64,000 nucleotides of DNA. Origin: Candidatus Magasanikbacteria bacterium RIFCSPLOWO2_12_FULL_43_12. GTDB taxonomy: Bacteria > Patescibacteriota > Patescibacteriia > Magasanikbacterales > UBA922. The stretch covers positions 22,836-86,835 of the forward strand of contig MFQN01000004.1 of NCBI GenBank assembly GCA_001783065.1, written 5' to 3'. Within the stretch, counting starts at the first letter, position 1. Each line of letters starts with the position of its first letter. The notes beneath the pieces were generated by a model. It saw only the letters and a list, made by a program, of their open reading frames with translations. It was not told the DNA's origin and searched no databases. The position numbers were made by a program, and so were the translations under genes. Of this stretch, positions 8,983 through 16,988 are shown piece by piece.

Positions 8983-9618
8983 TCACTTTATCCATTTACA
9001 CACATTCTTACTACACATTTCTTCCGTATAAACAGAAGCGCAGATATCAGCCACCGTACTTACTTCAACCTCACATTCAACGTCTATGGAACTCCAATCA
9101 CAGACCGCTTCCCCGTCTACCTTCTGTTGGTCGCATTGTTCCGAGTCACTCTCTTTAATTTTTCCGCAATAATCCGCCGCTTTTGTCGCATCAAATGCGC
9201 ACCCAGCTTTTATTGATGTCTCATTTGTCTGTTCTGTGCTACCCCCGCCCAACTTCCCGCTGACAAAAGTCGTAATCGCGTAAGCGCTGGCGACGATGAA
9301 AAATCCGATTAGCGCCGCGGTGATTATTTTCTGCGCTTTGTCAACTTGTTCCTGTTCGCCGCGAGCCGTCATCCATAAATAACCGGCGTAAACCATTAAG
9401 ACCAAAAATATCATGCCGACCAAAGTTATCGCCGCGCCGATGCCAACGCCGATAACATCTTCGGGGTTCTCATAAACATTCGCTTTGGCGCCGTCTGACC
9501 CGGCGACTTTGTCAAATTTGCTCGCCGCGTCTTTCAACCCTTGCGCGTTAACCGCGACGGTTGTTAAAACCAAACCGGCCGAGATAATGAGAATTGTGGT
9601 GAGAATGGATTTTTTCAT
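8983..9618 (-). CDS. two-helix pilin-like membrane protein, paralog 5, with a Cys-rich C-terminal domain
   Basis: Signal peptide MKKSILTTILIISAGLVLTTVAVNAQG. Core FLVLMVYAGYLWMTARGEQEQVDKAQKIITAALIGFFIVASAYAITTFV. The tail has 9 Cys. Confidence 0.65.
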   Translation of the reverse strand: MKKSILTTILIISAGLVLTTVAVNAQGLKDAASKFDKVAGSDGAKANVYENPEDVIGVGIGAAITLVGMIFLVLMVYAGYLWMTARGEQEQVDKAQKIITAALIGFFIVASAYAITTFVSGKLGGGSTEQTNETSIKAGCAFDATKAADYCGKIKESDSEQCDQQKVDGEAVCDWSSIDVECEVEVSTVADICASVYTEEMCSKNVCKWIK

Positions 9619-9660
9619 ACTCTGTTTTTTTACGCAAGCTGAACGTTAATCCGCTCGCCG

Positions 9661-9745
9661 AGACCTCATCCTTTGTCCTTCTCCTACGAGGAGAAGGAAA
9701 CCGCCCACTTCCTCTCTCCTCGTAGGAGAGGCGGGGTGAGGTCTC
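9661..9745. repeat. palindromic repeat variant (GAGACCTCATCCTTTGTCCTTCTCCTACGAGGAGAAGGAAA)
   Basis: A 41 bp unit present at 9661-9701 and again at 10162-10202 in direct orientation, with additional internal hairpins. Confidence 0.7.
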
Positions 9746-10136
9746 AACGGGCGTGTGTTAATTCCGCTATTTTTGTGTTAATAACTTTTAAGACTGTCTC
9801 TGCGTTATAAATGCAATCTTCATTCATTACTCTCATTATATTATATCCTTGTTTTTTAAGCCACGCTTCGCGCCGATTGTCATATTCAATTTGATCGTTA
9901 TGTATTCCACCGTCAACTTCAATTATTAACTTTAATCTGTGGCAGTAGAAATCAACCACAAAACCGCCGATACTTACTTGCCGTCTGAATTTGTAATTTA
10001 ATTCGCGATTCCGTAGTAATTGCCACAACGCATACTCCCCATCAGTAATATCCCGACGAAGCGACCGACGGCGGCGTTTGAGATAATCGCTTGGACGATT
10101 CCTGTCCCGAGGTTCGGTGGTTTTATTAGCTGGCAT
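9744..10136 (-). CDS. DUF559 (Vsr-like endonuclease domain) protein, copy 3
   Basis: YKFRRQVSIGGFVVDFYCHRLKLIIEVDGGIHND...GYNIMRVMNEDC. Bracketed by 41 bp direct repeats. Confidence 0.75.
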   Translation of the reverse strand: MPANKTTEPRDRNRPSDYLKRRRRSLRRDITDGEYALWQLLRNRELNYKFRRQVSIGGFVVDFYCHRLKLIIEVDGGIHNDQIEYDNRREAWLKKQGYNIMRVMNEDCIYNAETVLKVINTKIAELTHAR

Positions 10137-10149
10137 GTTCTATTTATGT

Positions 10150-10262
10150 CAGTTCCGATGAGACCTCATCCTTTGTCCTTCTCCTACGAGGAGAAGGAAA
10201 GTGATTGGAGACCCTCTCCTACCTCCCCCTACAAGGGGGAGGGCTGCACAACTACCCCTCTC
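10150..10262. repeat. palindromic repeat variant (direct partner of 9661-9745)
   Basis: gagacctcatcctttgtccttctcctacgaggagaaggaaa plus CTCCCCCTACAAGGGGGAG hairpins. Confidence 0.7.
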
Positions 10263-10270
10263 TCCCGCAA

Positions 10271-10933
10271 TTAATTCGTCTTTTTCCCTTCCGCCAGCGC
10301 CCAGCATTCGTCCGCGTCGGTGATGTTGTCATACCACGCGCCGTTATGCGACTCGCACAACTGATCTTCTTTGGTGCAGGTCTTAATATTTGTAACGCAA
10401 GTTTCCTGATCGGTTATTTCGCTATTCCACCAATGCGTGTTGCCAACATCCCAAAAACCGCCGACCGCTTCCACCTCATTCAAACAACACCCCAACGGCC
10501 CCTTCGGTTCAGCGGCAGGACCGCTTGTTGCCAGAGGGCCACCCCCTCCGCTTATCATCCTGCTCAAAACAAAATTCGTAATCGCGTAGGAGCCCACCAT
10601 AATAAACAAACCAATAATCGCTCCGATGATTATGTTTTGCGCTTTGGTTATTTGTTCTTCCTCGCCCCTTGCCATCAGCCAGGTGTAGCCACCGTAAAAT
10701 ATCAAGAGAAAAAATATAATGCCGCCGATACTGAACGCGGCTTTGGCGATTCTGCCTGCCAGCGGTTCAATATCAATCTCTTCAGCGCCGATTTTGGTGT
10801 TGGCGTCCGCCGCGAAGCCAGCGGCGTTTTGGGCAGTAAATTTTTCGGCAAAAACGGTTGATGCGGAAAATAAAAAAACAAAATATAACAAAATTGGACA
10901 AAATTTAACAAAATTTTTATTGGACAAAGACAT
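10271..10933 (-). CDS. two-helix pilin-like membrane protein, paralog 6, with a Cys-rich C-terminal domain
   Basis: Core FFLLIFYGGYTWLMARGEEEQITKAQNIIIGAIIGLFIMVGSYAITNFV. The tail has 6 Cys and many Trp/Asn. Confidence 0.65.
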   Translation of the reverse strand: MSLSNKNFVKFCPILLYFVFLFSASTVFAEKFTAQNAAGFAADANTKIGAEEIDIEPLAGRIAKAAFSIGGIIFFLLIFYGGYTWLMARGEEEQITKAQNIIIGAIIGLFIMVGSYAITNFVLSRMISGGGGPLATSGPAAEPKGPLGCCLNEVEAVGGFWDVGNTHWWNSEITDQETCVTNIKTCTKEDQLCESHNGAWYDNITDADECWALAEGKKTN

Positions 10934-10944
10934 ATTTTTGCGTA

Positions 10945-11553
10945 TTACTCGTTACACGAACAGTGCGGACCGATTTTGGCTTCATCCTCTTCATGAAATT
11001 GACAAGTGCCTGATTTAGTCTCTGGGGAATCTGTAAGTGCCCCCCATGTAAAAGTACATGTTGAACCAGTCTGTTTGCCACCACAATCATTTTCATCAAG
11101 ACTCTCTTTAAATGGACAACAATTATTAGCTTTTGTGCATTCTACTGCGGTGTTGTTGTCGCCACCCCCCGACGATGCCGTTCCGGGACCAATACTCTTA
11201 AACACAAAATTTGTAATCGCGTAGGAGGCGAGGACAATGACAATGCCGATGATAGCGGCGGTAATAGTATCAAGCGCCTTGCTTTCCTGTTCCGAATTTC
11301 CGCGCGCGAGCATCCAAGTTAAACCGCCGTATAACATTAAGGCAAAAAACAAAACGCCTACCAGAGACAGGCCGGTGCCGAGTACACTGCCGATGAGGAC
11401 CGGGAGCTGTCCGGGGGCTGTTTTGTCCAACTTGGCCGCGCCAGCGGTTTCCTCAAGACCATATCCTGCCAAAACGATGGTTGGGGCGAAGATGAAAAGA
11501 CAGATGAGAAGAGAGAATAAAAATTTTTTGAAGGACATATTGTTAATTTTCAA
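10945..11553 (-). CDS. two-helix pilin-like membrane protein, paralog 7, with a Cys-rich C-terminal domain
   Basis: Core FFALMLYGGLTWMLARGNSEQESKALDTITAAIIGIVIVLASYAITNFV. Tail ...VECTKANNCCPFKESLDENDCGG...CTF...CQFHEEDEAKIGPHCSCNE. Confidence 0.65.
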   Translation of the reverse strand: MKINNMSFKKFLFSLLICLFIFAPTIVLAGYGLEETAGAAKLDKTAPGQLPVLIGSVLGTGLSLVGVLFFALMLYGGLTWMLARGNSEQESKALDTITAAIIGIVIVLASYAITNFVFKSIGPGTASSGGGDNNTAVECTKANNCCPFKESLDENDCGGKQTGSTCTFTWGALTDSPETKSGTCQFHEEDEAKIGPHCSCNE

Positions 11554-11589
11554 TTTTCAATTTCTAATTTTCAAACAATTTTTAATGAA

Positions 11590-11952
11590 TTAATTTTTAA
11601 TTCCGCCGTTTTTGCGTAATGATGAAGAAATCTTATTGAATATCAAGGTCAGTTGATGTGCTTCGCTCCATAGCGGTCTTAATGTGGCTTTCAATTCTGT
11701 GTTTGTCGTTGCCAGCATCTCCAGCCAATACTTTGTTTCCTGAATTTCTTTGCGGCAGATAAAAATTTTATTTGCAAAATCTTTACGTGAGCTGGCCGCG
11801 TTCGCTTCGCAATAATTAGCCGCCACACTGGTTACTGATCTCCCTAATTGAATGATAATATTTCGATTTAAATCTTTAATTTTGATGGTGGCTAACAGTG
11901 CCATGACATCTTTACTGAATTTTTTAGTTCTTCCCTCCAAATCATACTGCAT
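11590..11952 (-). CDS. four-helix-bundle protein (23S rRNA intervening-sequence protein family), copy 2
   Basis: FSKDVMALLATIKIKDLNRNIIIQLGRSVTSVAANYCEANAASSRKDFANKIFICRKEIQETKYWLEML. Confidence 0.7.
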   Translation of the reverse strand: MQYDLEGRTKKFSKDVMALLATIKIKDLNRNIIIQLGRSVTSVAANYCEANAASSRKDFANKIFICRKEIQETKYWLEMLATTNTELKATLRPLWSEAHQLTLIFNKISSSLRKNGGIKN

Positions 11953-12012
11953 AATTGATTAATTCGGTAATTGAAAATTGTTTGAAAATTGGTAACTGAA
12001 AATTGAAAATTC

Positions 12013-12438
12013 TCAGTACATATCTCCGGTCGTAGAATAATCATACCCGGTCGTGGCTTTGAACAACTGCGACATCACAAAGCGAGTAATGGAATAGGCG
12101 GCGAGGATAATAATCAGGCCAATAACCGCGGCGTAAAGAATCTTTTTCGCGTTGCCGGCTTTTTCCTCATCGCCTCCGGCTGTCATCCAGGTGAATCCGG
12201 CGTAAAGAACCAAAACAAGGGCGATGGTGCCGAGCAAGCCCAACGCCGCGCTGATAATCCGCGCGGTCGTGAACCGCACGTCTGTTTCGCCAAGCCCGGT
12301 TGCCTTGCCGTATTCCATACCGAGATAGGGGCCGGTTTCTTCAACTTGAGCATACGCGTTATTGCCCAAAAGGGTCAAGGCAAAAACCGCGAGAGTGATG
12401 ATGGGAAAAAGTTTTTTCATAATAATTAAATATACCAA
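12013..12438 (-). CDS. two-helix pilin-like membrane protein, paralog 8 (short, no Cys-rich domain)
   Basis: Core LVLVLYAGFTWMTAGGDEEKAGNAKKILYAAVIGLIIILAAYSITRFV. Short tail ending TTGYDYSTTGDMY. Confidence 0.6.
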   Translation of the reverse strand: MVYLIIMKKLFPIITLAVFALTLLGNNAYAQVEETGPYLGMEYGKATGLGETDVRFTTARIISAALGLLGTIALVLVLYAGFTWMTAGGDEEKAGNAKKILYAAVIGLIIILAAYSITRFVMSQLFKATTGYDYSTTGDMY

Positions 12439-12545
12439 TATACTAATGTACTAATGATACTAATGAATACGAATATTTAACATCAGGGGGTATTAGTATA
12501 CATTAGTATCATTAGTACTCTATTTGTATATTAGTATTATAAATT
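12425..12545. repeat. MITE-like palindromic element (family E: TATACTAATGTACTAATGATACTAATG ... CATTAGTATCATTAGTAC)
   Basis: Long inverted repeat with a central acgaatatttaacatcaggggg. A second copy is at about 46700-46830. Confidence 0.7.
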
Positions 12546-12635
12546 AATATTGTTACCGAGAAGCAGCCATCAAAACCGCCGATGGCCGCTTTAACGCTAA
12601 CAACATTCCCTCGAGGGGGTGTTGATTTTGTATGG

Positions 12636-13148
12636 TTAGTCTAGGGTTTCTTGAGTGGAATAATCTCCGCCTGTTGTGGCAGTATATAGCTGTTCAAGCA
12701 CGAACCGAGCTATCGCGTAAGCGCTCAAAATAATCGCCAGGCCCAAAATGCCGGCAAAAATGCGTTTTTTCGCTGTGCCAACTTTCTCATCATCGCCTCC
12801 GGCTGTCATCCATTCAAAACCGCCGACCAACATTATCACGACCGCGACGATACCCAGCAAACCCAACGCTACTCTAATAATGTTTGATATGGTTGTCCTC
12901 ACATCCTGCTTTCCCAAACCAGTATCTTTGACATAGTCTAAACCAACAATGAAATCGCCCTCTTCTTTACCGACATACACACATGCCTCATTCGTACAGC
13001 TGTACCCATCGCCGCAATCAGCATCTGTGGCACAAGTCTTTGCAAAGACCGTGGCTGGCGCGGACGGCAACAATATCAAACCAAACACAATAGAAGCGAG
13101 AACGGTCAGTAACACTTTATGCTTCGTAATTTTCGTTAACCAATACAT
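12636..13148 (-). CDS. two-helix pilin-like membrane protein, paralog 9, with a Cys-rich N-terminal domain
   Basis: Signal peptide, then KTCATDADCGDGYSCTNEACVYVGKEE. Core VIMLVGGFEWMTAGGDDEKVGTAKKRIFAGILGLAIILSAYAIARFV. Confidence 0.6.
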   Translation of the reverse strand: MYWLTKITKHKVLLTVLASIVFGLILLPSAPATVFAKTCATDADCGDGYSCTNEACVYVGKEEGDFIVGLDYVKDTGLGKQDVRTTISNIIRVALGLLGIVAVVIMLVGGFEWMTAGGDDEKVGTAKKRIFAGILGLAIILSAYAIARFVLEQLYTATTGGDYSTQETLD

Positions 13149-13215
13149 ATTCTCACCCCCTTTCTTGTTTAAAATGATTCAAAACACAGAACACAATTAA
13201 CAGAACACATTGCGA

Positions 13216-13785
13216 TTACGACCCGTTCAGTTTTTCCTCCCATTTGCAGTTAGCGCCGCCGGATTGATTATTTTGTTCGCAGTCTTGCTGATCAATGGCT
13301 GCTTTAACGCTTGACTGATTGTTCTCCTCGCACAAACATTGATATTCTTTCTCTTTTTCCGGAACTTCCGACATTATTGGCGCAACAGGCGAAGGCCCTC
13401 CCGTGGCTCCAATCGCTTCCAAAACTAAATTCAGTATAGCATAAGCGCCAAAAATTAAAAATAGCCCGATTGCCGCCCACATCATTGTGTCTAAACCTTT
13501 CTTCACTTTTTCCGTATTGCCGGCTGAAGTAAGCCACAAAAACCCACCGTAAACAAAGGCCATTAAAACTAATGAGCCCACAACCCCCATCGCGCCCGCG
13601 ATGATATTGCCGATAAGCACCCGTATATCAGTCAATCCTTGCGGTTTTTCCGCGGTCCCACCCAAAGGATTGATTAGAGTAACGGTGGTTACGGGAGGAT
13701 CGGTTGGGCCGGCGGCAACAGTGATGGGAAATAGGACTGAAAATGAAAGTAAAATAATGATTAAAAATTTTTTCATATTAAACAT
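13216..13785 (-). CDS. two-helix pilin-like membrane protein, paralog 10, with a Cys-containing C-terminal domain
   Basis: Likely start MFNMKKFLIIILLSF at 13785. The ORF-track extension reads into a family A repeat. Core LVLMAFVYGGFLWLTSAGNTEKVKKGLDTMMWAAIGLFLIFGAYAILNLV. Tail ...YQCLCEENNQSS...CEQNNQSGGANCKWEE. Confidence 0.6.
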   Translation of the reverse strand: MFNMKKFLIIILLSFSVLFPITVAAGPTDPPVTTVTLINPLGGTAEKPQGLTDIRVLIGNIIAGAMGVVGSLVLMAFVYGGFLWLTSAGNTEKVKKGLDTMMWAAIGLFLIFGAYAILNLVLEAIGATGGPSPVAPIMSEVPEKEKEYQCLCEENNQSSVKAAIDQQDCEQNNQSGGANCKWEEKLNGS

Positions 13786-13790
13786 AGTAA

Positions 13791-13908
13791 CCTCCCCTCT
13801 CGAAAAAGGGCGGGTTGTAAATTCCCTCCTCGGAGGAGGGCGCGGGAGGTGTTCGTCAACACTCGCGAACACACCCCCTGCCCCTCTCCGAGAGGGGAGG
13901 TTACGATT
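13791..13908. repeat. REP-like triple-hairpin repeat (family A), solo copy
   Basis: ccctcctcggaggagggcgcgggaggtgttcgtcaacactcgcgaacacaccccctgcccctctccgagaggggagg. Confidence 0.8.
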
Positions 13909-13962
13909 GTTGTGTTTATTTTCGTAGTTCGTAATTTCGTATTCTTTTCGTATGTTCGCACA

Positions 13963-15048
13963 TCACTTTATCCCTCTAAACTCCGTATTCACATTCAAAA
14001 TTTCCAGCATCAAATCAATCGCCGCGTAAGCGACCATGGCGACCACGAGTCCGAGCGCGGCCGCGATCATTGTTTTCTTCCCGGTCTCCACCATTTCCGC
14101 GTTGCCCATAGAGACAATCATCTTGAAACCGCCATAAACGAAAAACGCGAATGCGAATGTGCCTAAAATCGCGAACATGCCGCTGGCGAAATTTATTATT
14201 AATTCCAATAAATTATTCACACTCCGGCAAGTCCCGGAAAACGCGCAGTCAGGCAAAGCGCCAGCATAGTCCTTCGGTTTTCCGTACTGGTTTTCTATCC
14301 AAGCGTCAACGGTGGAGGTGGTCTGCACCGGCGAAACGCCGGTGACGGAAAAATATATACTTCCATCAAGAGTTTGTGATTCTACTCCAGCGACAGGAAC
14401 AGATGCCTTTACTTTCAATTCATAAACTTTTGTTATCAGTTGTTCCGTTGATGTGTCCCAAACAATCTTTGCTTTTCCGCTTCCATCTTCATTTTTTAGC
14501 TCCGCGCTTAATTCCTCGCAATTAACGCATTTTATCTCAATTTCTTCTTTGGTGCCGACGGCCTCAATCTCCGCTGTGCCAATTTTCCCTTCTGTAACTG
14601 GGATCGGATTGCTTTTACTTCCTACATTTGTATTCCACTTCAAATTATACCATTTCACCCAGTCATACATTGTTGCTCCGTTAGTATCTGTGTAAGTTAC
14701 CGCATGATACAACTGACATTTTGGCGTGTCAGCTGTAACGCATACTTTTTTTTGATCAACCGCAAACTGTAAAAGATTTTCACAATCCTCTGTTTTTAAA
14801 AATTTGATAGTCTCATCAACATCCTTAAACGATATCTCTTCGGCCTCGGTTTCACCCAGCCCAATCTCCAATTCCTCCTCTGTATAATAACATCCTCCAT
14901 CTGAAGTCTGTTGAGAATATTTGCAATAACACTTATCACTATACGTCAAAAAAGCCGCGTTTTCTGAAGCATAAACATTTTGTACGTACACCAACACAAT
15001 CGCTAAACCAGCAATGATAGTGATTAGATATTTAATCTGATTCCGCAT
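13963..15048 (-). CDS. two-helix pilin-like membrane protein, paralog 11, with a large (about 270 aa) Cys-containing N-terminal ectodomain
   Basis: Signal/TM MRNQIKYLITIIAGLAIVLVYV. Long variable domain. C-terminal core FAFAFFVYGGFKMIVSMGNAEMVETGKKTMIAAALGLVVAMVAYAAIDLM. Confidence 0.55.
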   Translation of the reverse strand: MRNQIKYLITIIAGLAIVLVYVQNVYASENAAFLTYSDKCYCKYSQQTSDGGCYYTEEELEIGLGETEAEEISFKDVDETIKFLKTEDCENLLQFAVDQKKVCVTADTPKCQLYHAVTYTDTNGATMYDWVKWYNLKWNTNVGSKSNPIPVTEGKIGTAEIEAVGTKEEIEIKCVNCEELSAELKNEDGSGKAKIVWDTSTEQLITKVYELKVKASVPVAGVESQTLDGSIYFSVTGVSPVQTTSTVDAWIENQYGKPKDYAGALPDCAFSGTCRSVNNLLELIINFASGMFAILGTFAFAFFVYGGFKMIVSMGNAEMVETGKKTMIAAALGLVVAMVAYAAIDLMLEILNVNTEFRGIK

Positions 15049-15057
15049 ACTATAAAC

Positions 15058-16431
15058 CTACATCGTCTGTTGAATTAACTTCGCCGCGTTGGTTAAAAGC
15101 TGGACATCTTTTTGATTCTCGCTCTTAGTGGAGCCTGACGGCTGTAAACTGTTGTGCAGCATTTCAGTAAATACTTTCGCGGCCGCTTCTTTATTTTTGC
15201 CTCTATACCAACTCTCGGCTTGCAAGATCGTGCTGACAAACGGTTTCAGCATCTCATTAGCTTCTTGATCTTTAATCTGCGAACGCAGAGGCGTGGGCCG
15301 CTTGGTCGCGTCAGTATATTTTTTTATATTATCCGGCGTAGTCATGAATCTTACGAAATCCCACGCTTCATCCTGATGTTTAGATTTTTTTACTACTGTT
15401 TCCAGCCAATAATTCGCCACATTCGTCGGCGAGGCTTCGTTCAGTTGCAAAATCGGCATAATTTCCAAATCCATTTGCGGAGCGCGGGCTTTGATAAGCG
15501 GGTAATCGTAGGCGAAACCGAAATAAAATACACTTTTGCCGGACGAGAAGTTTTCCAGCGCGTCTTTCATTGTTTCATTCCAGCTATAAACCTCTTTTGT
15601 CGGACGGGCGAAGTCGGTATAAAAACGCAACGCGACTAATGCCGGATGATTTGGTTTGCCGGCAGTGAGCCCGTCGGCAAAACTAACGCGGTTGCCCGAC
15701 GCCATTTTGGCTCCGCTTTGCGACATAAACAAAGAAAGAATATCAAACGCGCGGTCAATATTATTTCCGGTTCCTAAAGCAACGCCGGACTGAACAATGT
15801 CGCCTTTTTCATTGAACCGCGTGCTGGTCTTAACCGCGGCCATAAATTCATCCCAGGTCTTTGGCGCTTCCGCCACGCCGGATTTATCTAACAGTTCTTT
15901 ATTATAATATAAAGCCATGGTATCAAACGCGAGCGGTAGACCGTAAATTTTATTATCAATCACCGCGTCATCATAAACCGCGTTGACAAAGCTGTATTTA
16001 ATCGCGCTGACCGACGGCATTTTATTCTCTTCAATGGTAACGACCTGTTCTTTTGTATATTGACTCTTGATGTAAACATTCGCGACTTTCACGCTCGCGG
16101 GCATCGGCGCGAGCCAAGAAACATACCTGCGCAAATCGCGCGGACTCACAGAAATAATATCCGGCGGCACATCGTCGGCAAGAGCGCGCAATAATAATTG
16201 TTCAAGTTCCTCGCCGCGCACTTTACGGATGTTTATTTTTACATACGGCCTCTGCGCCTCGTATTCCTTCTTGAAAACGTCAAGCTGATCCAGATCATTA
16301 TAAACTGTCCAATAATTTAACTTGACCGGCTTAACCGCGGCGGCTTGCTCGGCGGAAAGACCCTTGCAACCGAAACCAAGCATGGTAACGAGGGTTAACA
16401 AAGAGAAAAGGGTTAGGTATTTTTTTAGCAT
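15058..16431 (-). CDS. ABC transporter extracellular solute-binding lipoprotein (sugar-type, family 1)
   Basis: 457 aa. Lipobox LGFGC. Overall SBP_bac_1-like composition. Confidence 0.7.
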   Translation of the reverse strand: MLKKYLTLFSLLTLVTMLGFGCKGLSAEQAAAVKPVKLNYWTVYNDLDQLDVFKKEYEAQRPYVKINIRKVRGEELEQLLLRALADDVPPDIISVSPRDLRRYVSWLAPMPASVKVANVYIKSQYTKEQVVTIEENKMPSVSAIKYSFVNAVYDDAVIDNKIYGLPLAFDTMALYYNKELLDKSGVAEAPKTWDEFMAAVKTSTRFNEKGDIVQSGVALGTGNNIDRAFDILSLFMSQSGAKMASGNRVSFADGLTAGKPNHPALVALRFYTDFARPTKEVYSWNETMKDALENFSSGKSVFYFGFAYDYPLIKARAPQMDLEIMPILQLNEASPTNVANYWLETVVKKSKHQDEAWDFVRFMTTPDNIKKYTDATKRPTPLRSQIKDQEANEMLKPFVSTILQAESWYRGKNKEAAAKVFTEMLHNSLQPSGSTKSENQKDVQLLTNAAKLIQQTM

Positions 16432-16495
16432 ATTAATTATGTGCGAACTTACGAAAAGAGTACGAAATTACGAACTACGAAAACTTGCTTTTTAT

Positions 16496-16906
16496 TCAAT
16501 ACTCGTTAATCACTCTTTTTATAACCACGCCGCTGTGGGTAAAACAGGCGACGATGGCCAGCTTCAAATTCAATGCCACCAAATACTGTTTTGTTTGCGC
16601 TATCACTTGCGCCGACACAAACTGACCTCTCTTTAACTCTAAAACAATTTTATCATCAATCAAAAAATCTAAATAATATTTCCCTACCATGCTATCAAAG
16701 CACTTCAACGGCACATAATATTGCTCTTCAAATTTTAACGCTTCTTTTGTCAAACCGGCAGCCACGCCTTTCTGATAATAACTTTCCCTGTGTCCGCCGC
16801 CAAGTTGTTTAAACACCTCTATCAAAACTCCATTAATTTTAAAACTCAATTCCGGATACAGCAAGTCTTTCCTGCGCACAACATATTCCCTCCCCTGATA
16901 TGTCAT
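16496..16906 (-). CDS. GxxExxY family protein
   Basis: LYPELSFKINGVLIEVFKQLGGGHRESYYQKGVAAGL contains the GxxExxY motif (GHRESYY). Confidence 0.7.
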   Translation of the reverse strand: MTYQGREYVVRRKDLLYPELSFKINGVLIEVFKQLGGGHRESYYQKGVAAGLTKEALKFEEQYYVPLKCFDSMVGKYYLDFLIDDKIVLELKRGQFVSAQVIAQTKQYLVALNLKLAIVACFTHSGVVIKRVINEY

Positions 16907-16988
16907 AAATTTTCATTCTAAATTTCGTAGTTCGTAATTTCGTACTCTTTTCGTATGTTCGCACATTCCATAGTTCGCACATCCCACA

